Notes: a model not told the origin generated them from the sequence alone. Counted from the first letter of the stretch, positions 1-10,167 are shown. The stretch is 32,000 bases of DNA from Opitutales bacterium (GCA_049606355.1 JBMYVL010000011.1:1-32000), one strand, 5' to 3'. Translations and numbers: made by a program.

Positions 1-417
1 GGAGGGAATGGAAGGGACGTGATTTCATAGTCATACGGCGTGATTTATTTCTATTATTGGTAGAGAATGTCAAGTTTGTTAAAAAATTTCTATAAAAACT
101 ATTGGTTACTTGGCCTGCGCTCGGCGCCGGCGTGCGGTGTAAGCGAGAGTGCGAGGGTGATAGAGTGAGAGTGCTTGAAGATAGCTCGAGAACCCTTGCG
201 CTGTTTCGACTGAGGGCAAACTTTCTAACGCGTAGCGACCCTAGAGGTGTGGGTTTATATATTATTTACAACCACTGAGCAATTTCCCTGCCAGTTGCTG
301 CTCCGTGGCGCTCCAGTCAACCGACGGCCTGCTGGAGTGCGCAGGTACCGAATTTAAGGCGATTCCATGCCGCGCCCGCTATTTGACGCCCGCGTAATTA
401 TAACGCATGTTATAACC

Positions 418-648
418 ATGCCCATTCATACCAAAGTTCGCAAAATCGGGAACTCCTATGGCATTGTCCTGCCCAAAGAAGCGCTCCAATGCCTACAGGT
501 GGAGGAAGGTGCCAGCCTGTACCTCACCGAAGCGCCCCACAACACCCTGAACATCAATCCGGAGCGCCCCGGTTTTGATGACAAAATGAAAATTGCCGAA
601 GATTTAATGCGACGTTACCGCACTACCTTTCGAGAGTTGGCTAAATGA
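418..648 (+). CDS. AbrB/MazE/SpoVT-fold antitoxin, partner of Doc
   Basis: ORF 367..648. The ATG at 418 gives MPIHTKVRKIGNSYGIVLPKEAL..., the typical SpoVT/AbrB (MazE-like) N-terminal motif. Its stop overlaps the doc start (ATGA at 645-648). The 17 codons upstream of 418 look non-native, so the 5' end is uncertain (367 is the alternative). Confidence 0.75.
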   Translation: MPIHTKVRKIGNSYGIVLPKEALQCLQVEEGASLYLTEAPHNTLNINPERPGFDDKMKIAEDLMRRYRTTFRELAK

Positions 649-1031
649 GCGAGCCCCTCTGGATCCGCAAGGAAGAGTGTCTCACTTTCCATGCAATGTT
701 GATCGCTCGCTTTGGAGGGGCCATCGGCATCCGCGATGAAGACAAGTTGGACGCCGCTCTCCATCGGCCACAACAGCTCTTTCATTGCGAAAAAGCCCCT
801 CTGATACACTTGGGTGCGATTTACGCCTCCGACATCGTCAAAAGCCACCCCTTTCTGGACGGCAACAAACGGACCGGCCTGATGGCCTGTCAATTATTCC
901 TGGAAACGAATGGGTATCAGTTTGAAGCTCCGGAGGCAGACACGGCCCTCCAAATCCTAGCGCTCGCGGATGACCGCCTCAGAGAGGCGGAGCTGGTCGC
1001 ATGGTTGGCAGCGAATTGTTCCAAGCGCTAG
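645..1031 (+). CDS. doc: Doc (death-on-curing) Fic-family toxin
   Basis: 128 aa. It carries the Doc/Fic signature HPFLDGNKRTG. There is a 4-nt overlap with the upstream antitoxin gene, the classic type II TA layout. Confidence 0.9.
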   Translation: MSEPLWIRKEECLTFHAMLIARFGGAIGIRDEDKLDAALHRPQQLFHCEKAPLIHLGAIYASDIVKSHPFLDGNKRTGLMACQLFLETNGYQFEAPEADTALQILALADDRLREAELVAWLAANCSKR

Positions 1032-1278
1032 ATTTTTCGATTGAATTCAATCACGATAAAGGTGTCTTTGGCAGAACTGGCAGCGGCACTGGCCCTGATG
1101 TGCGCTCGAAGCACGCGGCGCTCCATGCAGCCATCGGGCCTAAGGCTTGGCGCACTCGCGCGCGGTCAGCCAAGCCTCGCGAGTTCCCCCTGAGTGGTAT
1201 TTTTCCTGCGCGTAGCCGACTCCAGCCTTGCTTCTGCCGCCCGGCTAAATTTGATCGGCCCCTGAATCCAATCTATTT

Positions 1279-2784
1279 ATGAGTGAAGCAGTCTCCGAAA
1301 TCGGCCTCATTGGCCTCGCTGTCATGGGCCAAAACCTGGCTCTCAATATCGCCGACCACGGCTTTAAAATTTCGGTCTACAACCGGACGACTGCCAAGAT
1401 GGCGGAGTTTGTCGCTGCCAATCCGGACACACCGGGCGGCCTCGTGGGCTGCGAAACACTCGAAGGCTTTGTCGCTTCGCTGAAGCGCCCGCGCAAGGTG
1501 ATCATTCTGGTGCAAGCGGGCTGGGCGACGGATAAAGTGATTGAAGGCCTCGTGCCGCTTCTCGAGGAGGGCGACATCATCATCGACGGTGGCAATGCCA
1601 AATGGGATGACACCATTCGCCGCGAACAGGAACTGACCGCGCAGGGCTTACGCTTTATCGGCTCGGGGGTCTCCGGCGGTGAGGAAGGCGCACGTTTCGG
1701 CCCCTCGCTAATGCCGGGCGGTAGCGAGGAAGCTTGGGCGCATCTCGAACCGATTTGGAAAGCGATCGCAGCTAAAGTGGATGCGGATACCGGCAAACCG
1801 CTCGAAGGTGCCGCGCCGGGTAAACCCGTCGAAGGAGGTTTTAGTTGTACTGCCTACATCGGCCCGGACGGCGCCGGCCACTATGTAAAAATGGTGCACA
1901 ATGGGATCGAGTACGGCGATATGCAGATGATCTGCGAAGCCTATGACCTCATGCAAAACGTGCTCGGCCTCACTCCTTCCGAGATGGCTCCTATTTTTGC
2001 TGACTGGAATCAGGGCGACCTCGACTCCTTCCTCATCGAAATCACTGCCGATATTCTGCAACAGGCCGACCCGGTGACCGGCAAGCCCTTCGTCGATATC
2101 GTGCTGGATACCGCCGGACAAAAGGGTACCGGCAAGTGGACATCCGTCAACGCACTGGATATGGGCACCCCGGCTCCGACCGTAGCTGAAGCGGTGTTTG
2201 CCCGCTGCCTCTCGGCCGTCAAAGAAGAACGCGTGGCTGCGGCTGCGATTCTCAACGGTCCCGACGCCCCTGAATTTACCGGCGACACGACCGAGATGGT
2301 CGAAGCCATCCGCCAAGCACTCTACGCGTCGAAAATCTGCTCCTACGCGCAGGGTTTCCAACTGATGCGTGAGGCACAAAAGGAGTACAACTGGACGCTC
2401 AATTTTGGTGAAATCGCGCAGATTTTCCGCGGCGGCTGTATTATCCGCGCCGCTTTCCTGCAGAAGATCACCGAAGCGTATGCGCGTGATCCGGAACTCG
2501 CCAACCTGCTCCTCGACCCTTACTTCAAGAGCGCCATTGATACCTGCCAACAAAGCTGGCGAAAGGTGATTGCGCTGGCCGCGCAGTACGGGGTCTCCAT
2601 ACCGACCTTCAGCTCCGCCCTCTCCTATTATGATGGCTACCGCACCGCCCGCCTCCCGCAAAACTTGCTACAGGCGCAACGCGACTACTTCGGCGCGCAC
2701 ACCTACGAGCGCACGGACGAAGCGCGCGGCAACTTTTACCACATTGACTGGCCGAAGGCCGATCGACCGCAACTCAAAGCCTAA
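1279..2784 (+). CDS. gnd: 6-phosphogluconate dehydrogenase, decarboxylating
   Basis: 501 aa, full length. It has the N-terminal Rossmann motif [15 protein letters not shown], plus [12 protein letters not shown] and [23 protein letters not shown], the hallmark Gnd motifs. Confidence 0.95.
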   Translation: MSEAVSEIGLIGLAVMGQNLALNIADHGFKISVYNRTTAKMAEFVAANPDTPGGLVGCETLEGFVASLKRPRKVIILVQAGWATDKVIEGLVPLLEEGDIIIDGGNAKWDDTIRREQELTAQGLRFIGSGVSGGEEGARFGPSLMPGGSEEAWAHLEPIWKAIAAKVDADTGKPLEGAAPGKPVEGGFSCTAYIGPDGAGHYVKMVHNGIEYGDMQMICEAYDLMQNVLGLTPSEMAPIFADWNQGDLDSFLIEITADILQQADPVTGKPFVDIVLDTAGQKGTGKWTSVNALDMGTPAPTVAEAVFARCLSAVKEERVAAAAILNGPDAPEFTGDTTEMVEAIRQALYASKICSYAQGFQLMREAQKEYNWTLNFGEIAQIFRGGCIIRAAFLQKITEAYARDPELANLLLDPYFKSAIDTCQQSWRKVIALAAQYGVSIPTFSSALSYYDGYRTARLPQNLLQAQRDYFGAHTYERTDEARGNFYHIDWPKADRPQLKA

Positions 2785-2815
2785 GCATCCGCCAGGGTGA
2801 TGCGCGAACAGCTGC

Positions 2816-3694
2816 TTAGGACATCGATTTGCCGAAGTACGCCAACAGCCACATTTCCTTCCACAGGCGGTAGCGACCCTCGTAAGTCATCTTGCCCTCT
2901 TCGGCTTGGCGGCCGCGCGGCACAAGGAAGCCCGTCTCGATGTTCAGTTGCTCGAGGGTGCGCTGCTGCTCATCCACCTCCTCAAGTGCGCTGTCTTCAA
3001 AGGGAGTGGCGAGCCATGCGCTCTTTTTCAGGCGCCCTTCGTGAAGCTTGTGGAGCCGCGCTAAGGAGCCCAGCAAGGGTTTGCGCAGGTGTTGCCACGC
3101 TTCCGGATAAAAGCCTCCATAGGGCAGAAAATAATTATCGGTAATCAGCCGTTGATTCTCCGGTCCTTGATTGGTCAAGGTAAAGCAGGCGATGGCGCCT
3201 CCCTTGGGCTGCGGTATAAAGAGTATCTGTAGACGCGTATACGTCTCCGGGTGCTGATAAATCGACGTCCTTAAATACGTCTTTTCATACAATTCCGCTT
3301 TCAAGGCATCGAGCCGCTGGTAGTTGTGCGCCCGCAACCAGTCCTTAATCGCCAAAGCATGACGGTCCGCCGGCCACTCATCGCCATCCTGATTGATGCG
3401 AAATTTCGGAAACAGGGGTAAGTCACTTTGGCTGAGCGCCTTGATCGCGATCCAATTGTAGCCGGTCTCCAGCAGAAACCAGAGCGCCAGCCCGGTAACA
3501 AAGTGGACCGCTGCGGGTCGGGTGGAGAGTTCAAACAACTCCAGACCGGTCGCAAACAAGACCCCACAGAGCAACCAGCGCGCCCAGCGAGACGCCACCC
3601 GTAGCAGTGGGAGCTGCCAACGCAGGGCTAACTGCGGTAAGGCGAGCGTCACGGCTGCGAGACCGACTAAAAGCAGAGGATTATCGGTAAACAT
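2816..3694 (-). CDS. hypothetical membrane protein (about 3 N-terminal TM helices plus a ~190-aa soluble domain)
   Basis: 292-aa ORF with an ATG start. The N-terminus is hydrophobic (LLLVGLAAVTLALP, WLLCGVLFATGL, FVTGLALWFLLETG). The C-terminal domain has a protein-like composition but no motif I recognise. It lies downstream of dnaN on the same strand. Confidence 0.6.
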   Translation of the reverse strand: MFTDNPLLLVGLAAVTLALPQLALRWQLPLLRVASRWARWLLCGVLFATGLELFELSTRPAAVHFVTGLALWFLLETGYNWIAIKALSQSDLPLFPKFRINQDGDEWPADRHALAIKDWLRAHNYQRLDALKAELYEKTYLRTSIYQHPETYTRLQILFIPQPKGGAIACFTLTNQGPENQRLITDNYFLPYGGFYPEAWQHLRKPLLGSLARLHKLHEGRLKKSAWLATPFEDSALEEVDEQQRTLEQLNIETGFLVPRGRQAEEGKMTYEGRYRLWKEMWLLAYFGKSMS

Positions 3695-3715
3695 ATGCGG
3701 TGCGGTGCGATCGTC

Positions 3716-3747
3716 GGAAACAAAGCGGGACGGTTTTTGACCGCCCC
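3716..3747 (-). terminator. possible intrinsic terminator after dnaN
   Basis: On the minus strand: GGGGCGGT-caaaa-ACCGTCCC, an 8-bp stem with one G-U pair, followed by GCTTTGTTTCC. It begins about 35 nt after the dnaN stop. Confidence 0.35.
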
Positions 3748-3781
3748 ACCCGAATCCACTGATCTGTTTACAGCAATCGGA

Positions 3782-5147
<1,366 letters not shown>

Positions 5148-5160
<13 letters not shown>

Positions 5161-5999
5161 TTTAACAGCCCTCGTTGTAGGCGCTTTTTCGCGCGATAAA
5201 TACGGTAGAGATAACGCAGCGGGCCGTAGGCAATGTAGGTGAAGAAGCTCAGCGCGAAGAAGAGCTCCCGGAAAATGAAAGCGATGCCGAGTGCGATAAT
5301 TAGATAGATAAAGGTGCGGAAGCGGGTGCTCGTCTGCCAGTCGATGTCTTTAAAGCTGGGATACGGGATGTTGCTGATCATTAAAACCGCAATGGCCAAC
5401 ATCAGGGGCGGCATGAGTAGCGCCCAACTGCGAATATCCAGGCTATTGAGGACCAGCACCAGCGAAGCGATCATGCCGGCGGCAGCGGGAACCGGCAAAC
5501 CGAGGAAGTCCTTGTTGCCGCGTAATTGATGGGCGGGCGGCAGCAGCGGATTGGTCAAGACGTTGAAGCGGGCGAGGCGGACGCCGGCGCAGAGCAGGTA
5601 CACAAAGCCAATCAGCCAGCCGATTTGCAAAAAGTAAGGGTATTGCTCGGTGGGCGACAGGATGAGGAAGATCATCATTAGGGTCGGCGCCACCCCGAAG
5701 GAGATGATGTCGGCAATCGAATCAAACTCTTTACCAAACAAAGACTCTCGCCCACCCAGACGGGCGACCCGACCGTCTAGGGCATCGCACACCACGGAAA
5801 AAAGGATAAACCAGACCGCCTGCGAAAAATACTGGGAGACGACCGTCGGATCACTTGCGTAATTGGCTTGAATACAGCGCAATATCGCAAGGAAGCCAAA
5901 AAACAAATTTCCGGCAGTTAAACTATTAGGCAGTAAGTAGATATGACTAGCTTCTGCTGCATCCGCATAGCGCGGGGGCGATTTGGAGGGTTCAACCAT
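5148..5999 (-). CDS. pssA: CDP-diacylglycerol--serine O-phosphatidyltransferase
   Basis: 283-aa polytopic membrane protein. It has the CDP-alcohol phosphatidyltransferase motif DALDGRVARLGGRESLFGKEFDSIAD (D-x2-D-G-x2-A-R-x8-G-x3-D-x3-D). Confidence 0.9.
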
Positions 6000-6367
6000 T
6001 ATGCCTTGCTGTCATCCTTATGCCGAAGTGAGTCGAGATACTTCCAAAAGGAATCCTCTTGTTCGACTAGAAAATCTTCCGTGACCGGTAGTTTACTGCG
6101 AAATGCGAAGTCAGCGAAGGTATTGCGGTGGAGAATATAGTGGGCATAGAGCGCAGTGGCCTGTTGTTCGAAATAGATCCGAAATTCTCCGGCGCGAACC
6201 CGATAGTAGGTCTTCCCGTCGCGATGAAAACGCCCCAAGTCCTCGTTGGGATTATCGAGTTGTTCCTGGGTGAGAGTGCTGACGACCTCGACGAGGAGCA
6301 TCTGCGAGCGTGTATCAAGCTGGTTAAGCTCATACATGCTTTGTTCGCTGAAATTAACTTGAAACAT
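5999..6367 (-). CDS. RelE/ParE-superfamily toxin-like protein with a ~40-aa acidic C-terminal extension
   Basis: This is the internal ATG (6367) of the 264-aa track ORF. The product MFQVNFSEQSMYELNQLD...GKTYYRVRAGEFRIYFEQQATALYAHYILHRNT fits the RelE/ParE pattern (y-R-l-R-v-G-d-y-R-i-i-y ... h-R). An alternative ATG lies at 6403. The stop overlaps the pssA ATG by 1 nt (TAATG). Confidence 0.6.
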   Translation of the reverse strand: MFQVNFSEQSMYELNQLDTRSQMLLVEVVSTLTQEQLDNPNEDLGRFHRDGKTYYRVRAGEFRIYFEQQATALYAHYILHRNTFADFAFRSKLPVTEDFLVEQEDSFWKYLDSLRHKDDSKA

Positions 6368-6451
6368 GGTAGAGGGCGCGGGCGGCTGATTTGTAAAAAC
6401 CATACATGAGGCAGCATTTCGCTGGGTGCAACTCAGAATCGATTTAGAGGT

Positions 6452-8257
6452 ATGCGCACGGTTGACCCAGCGCGATCGCTGACGCATGGTGCTGGCGAAA
6501 TGAATCCTGTAACCGCCAACCCTTGGGTGCTTCTGTGCTTTGATACGCACAACCGTTTCTTGCTGGGCAGTGATCCACAGGGGCATGCGCAGCCCTCTTT
6601 TGTGGCAGATGCGGCGGATGGGCGAACTGTCAGCGAAGTTGCTCAGGCCGAGGTCGCGGCGGAGGCGCAGGTTGTTGAGCTCTGCTCCTTTCATTTTGAG
6701 GGGCAGGAGTGGACGCTTTACTGCGTGCGCAGCGCGGTAGTTGCAGTAGCGGGGCAGGTGTTTCAGAGTTTCGATGCCCTCACGGCGGCGCAAGCGGCCG
6801 GCGCAATGCCCATCACACCGCTTTTGGCGGCGGTTCTAAAGGCAATCGAACCCGAGCTAATTCGTATCCCTTATCTGGATCAGGGCGAAAACGAGTACAT
6901 TTACCGTTTTCGCACCGCGAAGGAGCGAAACCGCTCGGTGTACGTGGATGCGCATTCGCAAGGGCTGTATCAAAGTGAATTATGTGCCCTCATTAAAGCT
7001 GCCCGACGCACTAAGGAAAAATCTTCCGGAGAGCCGGCGGTTCTCGATTTTGGTCCGGTTCGTTATGTGATTCCCAGCCATTTTGGTTTTTGTCTGGGCG
7101 TACAAAACGCGATCGAACGTGCCTACGAAGCAGTGGCAAGCCACCCGGATCGACGGGTGTTTATGCTCAGTGAATTAATCCACAATCCTTTTGTAAACGA
7201 AGACCTGCTCGCGCGTGGCCTGCGCTATTTACAAACGGATAAGGGCCTACCCCTGTGTGCCAATGGTCAGTTAGCCAATGGACCGAGTGACCCGGATGCT
7301 TTGTGGAATCAATTATCCGCAGACGATGTAGTGATTATTCCCGCATTCGGTGCGACCAATGAAGACAAGCAGCGCTTAATCCGCCGCGGTATTGCCATCC
7401 GTGAGTATGATGCCACCTGTATGCTCGTAGAAAAGGTTTGGAAAGCGGCGCGGCGCTATGCCGAAGCGGGCTTCACGGTGCTGATTCACGGGAAAGCCGA
7501 GCATGAGGAGACGAAGGCCACGTTTTCGAACAGTTCTCACTATGGTCCCGCGCTGATGCTCCGCAATCAAGGGCATGCCGAGGCCTTAGCGGCAGTGATC
7601 GAAGCCGAGGGGCCGACCAAGACCCGTCTGTTCAACGCCTCATTTGCGGGCCTCTTCTCGGAGGGCTTTGATCCACAGCGTGATCTCGAAAAACTAGCGG
7701 TGGTCAACCAAACCACGCTCTTGCGCAACGAAACGCTTAAGATCATCGATTACCTCCGTGAGGTGATCGCCGCTAAATACGGTGCCGATAAGGTATCGGA
7801 GCATCTGTGGTCCAAGGGCAAGGGCGACACGCTTTGTTACGCGACTCAAGTGAACCAGGATGCCTTGCACAAAGCACTGGAAGCACCTATTGATGCAGCG
7901 TTAGTGGTTGGTGGGCGCAACAGCTCCAACACCTACCAATTGTACCGCGTCTGTGCGGAACGCTATGGTGCCAATGCGCACTACATCCAATCGGAGGCGA
8001 ACATTCACTCGATGCAGCAGATTCAACACTACATTTTTCCGGATGTCAGTGCCGGCCGAGTGGCCGAAAGCGAAGCACTTCGACCTTTCCTGCCCACTCG
8101 CGACGCACCGCTGCAGCTTTTGCTGACTGGTGGCGCTTCCTGTCCGGATGGGATTATCCAGCAGGTTATTCAGCGGATTAATGGGTTTTTCCCTGCGGAC
8201 GCACTCCGCCCGCTGGATGTCATCCTGCAGGAACTGGCAGGTGAAAATGCGGAGTGA
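6452..8257 (+). CDS. ispH: 4-hydroxy-3-methylbut-2-enyl diphosphate reductase, long (cyanobacterial/plant-like) form with an extra N-terminal region
   Basis: The core from ~aa 203 (VRYVIPSHFGFCLGVQNAIERA ... LIHNPFVNEDL ... IIPAFGAT ... DATCMLVEKVW ... IHGKAEHEETKAT ... VVNQTTLL ... GGRNSSNT ... TGGASCPDG) matches the IspH/LytB long form. The frame stays open for 118 codons upstream of the internal Met at 6806, and 56 of those 118 codons begin with G (hand count), which is coding-like. Possible starts are 6452, 6500 or 6806. Confidence 0.85.
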   Translation: MRTVDPARSLTHGAGEMNPVTANPWVLLCFDTHNRFLLGSDPQGHAQPSFVADAADGRTVSEVAQAEVAAEAQVVELCSFHFEGQEWTLYCVRSAVVAVAGQVFQSFDALTAAQAAGAMPITPLLAAVLKAIEPELIRIPYLDQGENEYIYRFRTAKERNRSVYVDAHSQGLYQSELCALIKAARRTKEKSSGEPAVLDFGPVRYVIPSHFGFCLGVQNAIERAYEAVASHPDRRVFMLSELIHNPFVNEDLLARGLRYLQTDKGLPLCANGQLANGPSDPDALWNQLSADDVVIIPAFGATNEDKQRLIRRGIAIREYDATCMLVEKVWKAARRYAEAGFTVLIHGKAEHEETKATFSNSSHYGPALMLRNQGHAEALAAVIEAEGPTKTRLFNASFAGLFSEGFDPQRDLEKLAVVNQTTLLRNETLKIIDYLREVIAAKYGADKVSEHLWSKGKGDTLCYATQVNQDALHKALEAPIDAALVVGGRNSSNTYQLYRVCAERYGANAHYIQSEANIHSMQQIQHYIFPDVSAGRVAESEALRPFLPTRDAPLQLLLTGGASCPDGIIQQVIQRINGFFPADALRPLDVILQELAGENAE

Positions 8258-8288
8258 CGTGCTTCAGCGATCTCCTCCTGCGACTCCC

Positions 8289-9662
8289 CTAGCCCTGCTC
8301 GCTTTCCATTCCCTCTAGAACGAGTTCGCCCATCAGTGTGCTGGCGGTGGCTTCGGTAATGCGCACCGGTACCAACTGCCCCACTAGGCGCGGCGTGGCT
8401 TTAACGATGACTTTTCGATGCCCGCGGGTGCGCCCCATAAACATCCCCTCGCCTCGTTTTGCGGGCCCCTCAAACAAGACTTCTTCGACGGTATCAATGA
8501 GCGCTTCATTACGGGCCAGGGAGTGCCGGCCGAGAATATCCAGCAGCACTTGATTGCGCGCTTCTTTGACCGCTTTGGGTATGGGGTCGCCGAGTGGTTC
8601 TGCTGTGGTATCCGGGCGCACGCTGTATTTAAACAGGTAGGCCATATCAAACCCGATCTCGTCAAAGGCGTGCCGCGTGAGCTCAAAATCGGCGTCGGTT
8701 TCGCCGGGAAAGCCGACAATCACATCGGTGGAGATGTACACATCGGGGCGCACGGCGCGAATCTTGGCAATGATCTCGCGGAACTTCTCGATGGTGTACG
8801 GGCGTCGCATCGCTTTGAGGATGCGGTTGCTGCCGCTTTGCATCGGGAAGTGCAGGTATTCGCACAGCTTCGGCAAGCGCGCATAGCACTCGATGAGGTC
8901 ATCTTTAAAACCAACCGGATGGGGGCTGGTAAAGCGGATCCGCTCAATGCCTTCGATCGCATGGACGCGCTCCAGTAACTGTACGAAGGGGCTCTTTTTA
9001 TCAACGAAGGGGAACTCGCGCACGGCGTATTGATTGACAATTTGCCCCAGCAGGGTGACTTCGCGCGTCCCGTTGGCCGCGAGTGCTTCAATTTCTGCGA
9101 CAATCTCATCCATCGGGCGGGCACGCTCGGCGCCCCGTGTCTTCGGCACGATGCAGTACGAGCACTTCATGTTGCAGCCCTGCATGATACTCACAAAGGC
9201 ACTCACCTGCTGCTTGTCGGCATCGTGTGATTTGATGGTATTTTGGGAGCCATCCTCTGCCTCCAGGTCGACAATGGTATCGGGCCGCGGTCCTTGGCCC
9301 TGCAATGTCGCGATCATATGATCGAGGTGGTCGGGCACGCGGTGAAATTTTTGGGTGCCAACAATGAGATCCAGGTCGGGCAAGCGATCGAGTAAGTCAT
9401 TTCCGCGGTTTTGCGCCATGCACCCCATCACACCCAAAATGAAGTTGGGGTTTTTGCGCTTCCGTTTGGTCAAATGCCCTGCCTTACCAATGGCTTTTTG
9501 CTCGGCCTGATCCCGTACACTACAGGTATTGAGTAGCACCACATCGGCATCCAACTCGCTTTCGACAATGCTGTAGCCTTTGCCGCGCAGCATCGCCGCG
9601 ACGGCATCCGAGTCGCGCTCATTCATTTGGCAACCGTAGGTCTTGATGTAAACCCGATTCAT
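8289..9662 (-). CDS. miaB: tRNA-2-methylthio-N6-dimethylallyladenosine synthase (radical SAM methylthiotransferase)
   Basis: From the ATG at 9662: MNRVYIKTYGCQMNERDS..., the UPF0004 domain. It has the radical-SAM motif GCNMKCSYCIVP and a C-terminal TRAM-like domain. The 27 further upstream codons in the track ORF overlap the divergent neighbour and are not used. Confidence 0.9.
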   Translation of the reverse strand: MNRVYIKTYGCQMNERDSDAVAAMLRGKGYSIVESELDADVVLLNTCSVRDQAEQKAIGKAGHLTKRKRKNPNFILGVMGCMAQNRGNDLLDRLPDLDLIVGTQKFHRVPDHLDHMIATLQGQGPRPDTIVDLEAEDGSQNTIKSHDADKQQVSAFVSIMQGCNMKCSYCIVPKTRGAERARPMDEIVAEIEALAANGTREVTLLGQIVNQYAVREFPFVDKKSPFVQLLERVHAIEGIERIRFTSPHPVGFKDDLIECYARLPKLCEYLHFPMQSGSNRILKAMRRPYTIEKFREIIAKIRAVRPDVYISTDVIVGFPGETDADFELTRHAFDEIGFDMAYLFKYSVRPDTTAEPLGDPIPKAVKEARNQVLLDILGRHSLARNEALIDTVEEVLFEGPAKRGEGMFMGRTRGHRKVIVKATPRLVGQLVPVRITEATASTLMGELVLEGMESEQG

Positions 9663-9753
9663 GTGGAGCGCGCAGCATGCCCATTCGCTTTGCCTTGTAA
9701 ACCCAGAAACGACTCGCTTGCCAGCGCGGGCAGGCGCACTCAAGGTGCCCGGG

Positions 9754-10167
9754 ATGTCGGAGTTGCAGCCAGTTGTTTTTGTTTACGGTACCCTCAAGCC
9801 GGGCGGTGCGTATTGGCAGGAGTATTGCGCAGGTCGCGTTGTCGGGCAACAAGCTGCTTGTGTGCGCGGCAGCTTGTATGATTTGCGACGTGGCTACCCC
9901 GGGCTGCGTCGCACCGGTTCCGGTTGGGTGCACGGTTACCGCCTAACACTCGCGGACAGCGCTGCTTTGCAGCGGATCGACAGCTTAGAAGGTTATCGCG
10001 CGGATCGTCCCGAGGAACAAAACGAATACACCCGTATCCGCGTCGCCTGCCTCAGTCCGCAGGGTGAAAGGCTTGGCAGCGCATGGACGTATGCGGTGAC
10101 GGATTGGTTTTGGCGCCGATGTGATTCCCGACCCCTCCCGGATGGCGAGTGGCCGATTGAAGCTTAG
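9754..10167 (+). CDS. gamma-glutamylcyclotransferase / AIG2-like family protein
   Basis: From the ATG at 9754: MSELQPVVFVYGTLKPGG...GSLYDLRRGYPGL...LEGY, the typical GGCT/AIG2 fold signature (YGTL...G). Confidence 0.75.
   Translation: MSELQPVVFVYGTLKPGGAYWQEYCAGRVVGQQAACVRGSLYDLRRGYPGLRRTGSGWVHGYRLTLADSAALQRIDSLEGYRADRPEEQNEYTRIRVACLSPQGERLGSAWTYAVTDWFWRRCDSRPLPDGEWPIEA

Noticed and set aside
1144-1176. 8-bp perfect inverted repeat GGCTTGGC-N17-GCCAAGCC in the doc-gnd spacer.
   Set aside because: It is isolated, has a long loop and no U-tract, and matches no motif I know. It could be a weak structure, but nothing supports a function.
1001-3144. ORFs 1001..1282 (93 aa) and 2797..3144 (115 aa), considered as possible small genes.
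   Set aside because: The first spans the doc-gnd intergenic region with an Arg/Pro/Ala-rich product, running into the gnd start. The second is antisense to the 292-aa membrane-protein gene. Neither has motifs or a sensible context.
6404-6793. Upstream 130-142 codons of the 264-aa minus-strand ORF that ends in the RelE-like domain. I considered a larger fusion protein or an upstream antitoxin.
   Set aside because: The translation is Arg/Cys/His-rich (MRRREGIETLKHLPRYCNYR...). It shares codon boundaries with the + strand frame, which has coding-like G enrichment at position 1 and continues into ispH. It is therefore best explained as the shadow of the IspH N-terminal extension.
9663-9753. N-terminal extensions of miaB (27 codons) and of the GGCT-like gene (31 codons) in the ORF track.
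   Set aside because: The two extensions overlap each other on opposite strands, so both cannot be real. Both proteins begin with their conserved N-terminal motifs at the internal ATGs (9662 and 9754).
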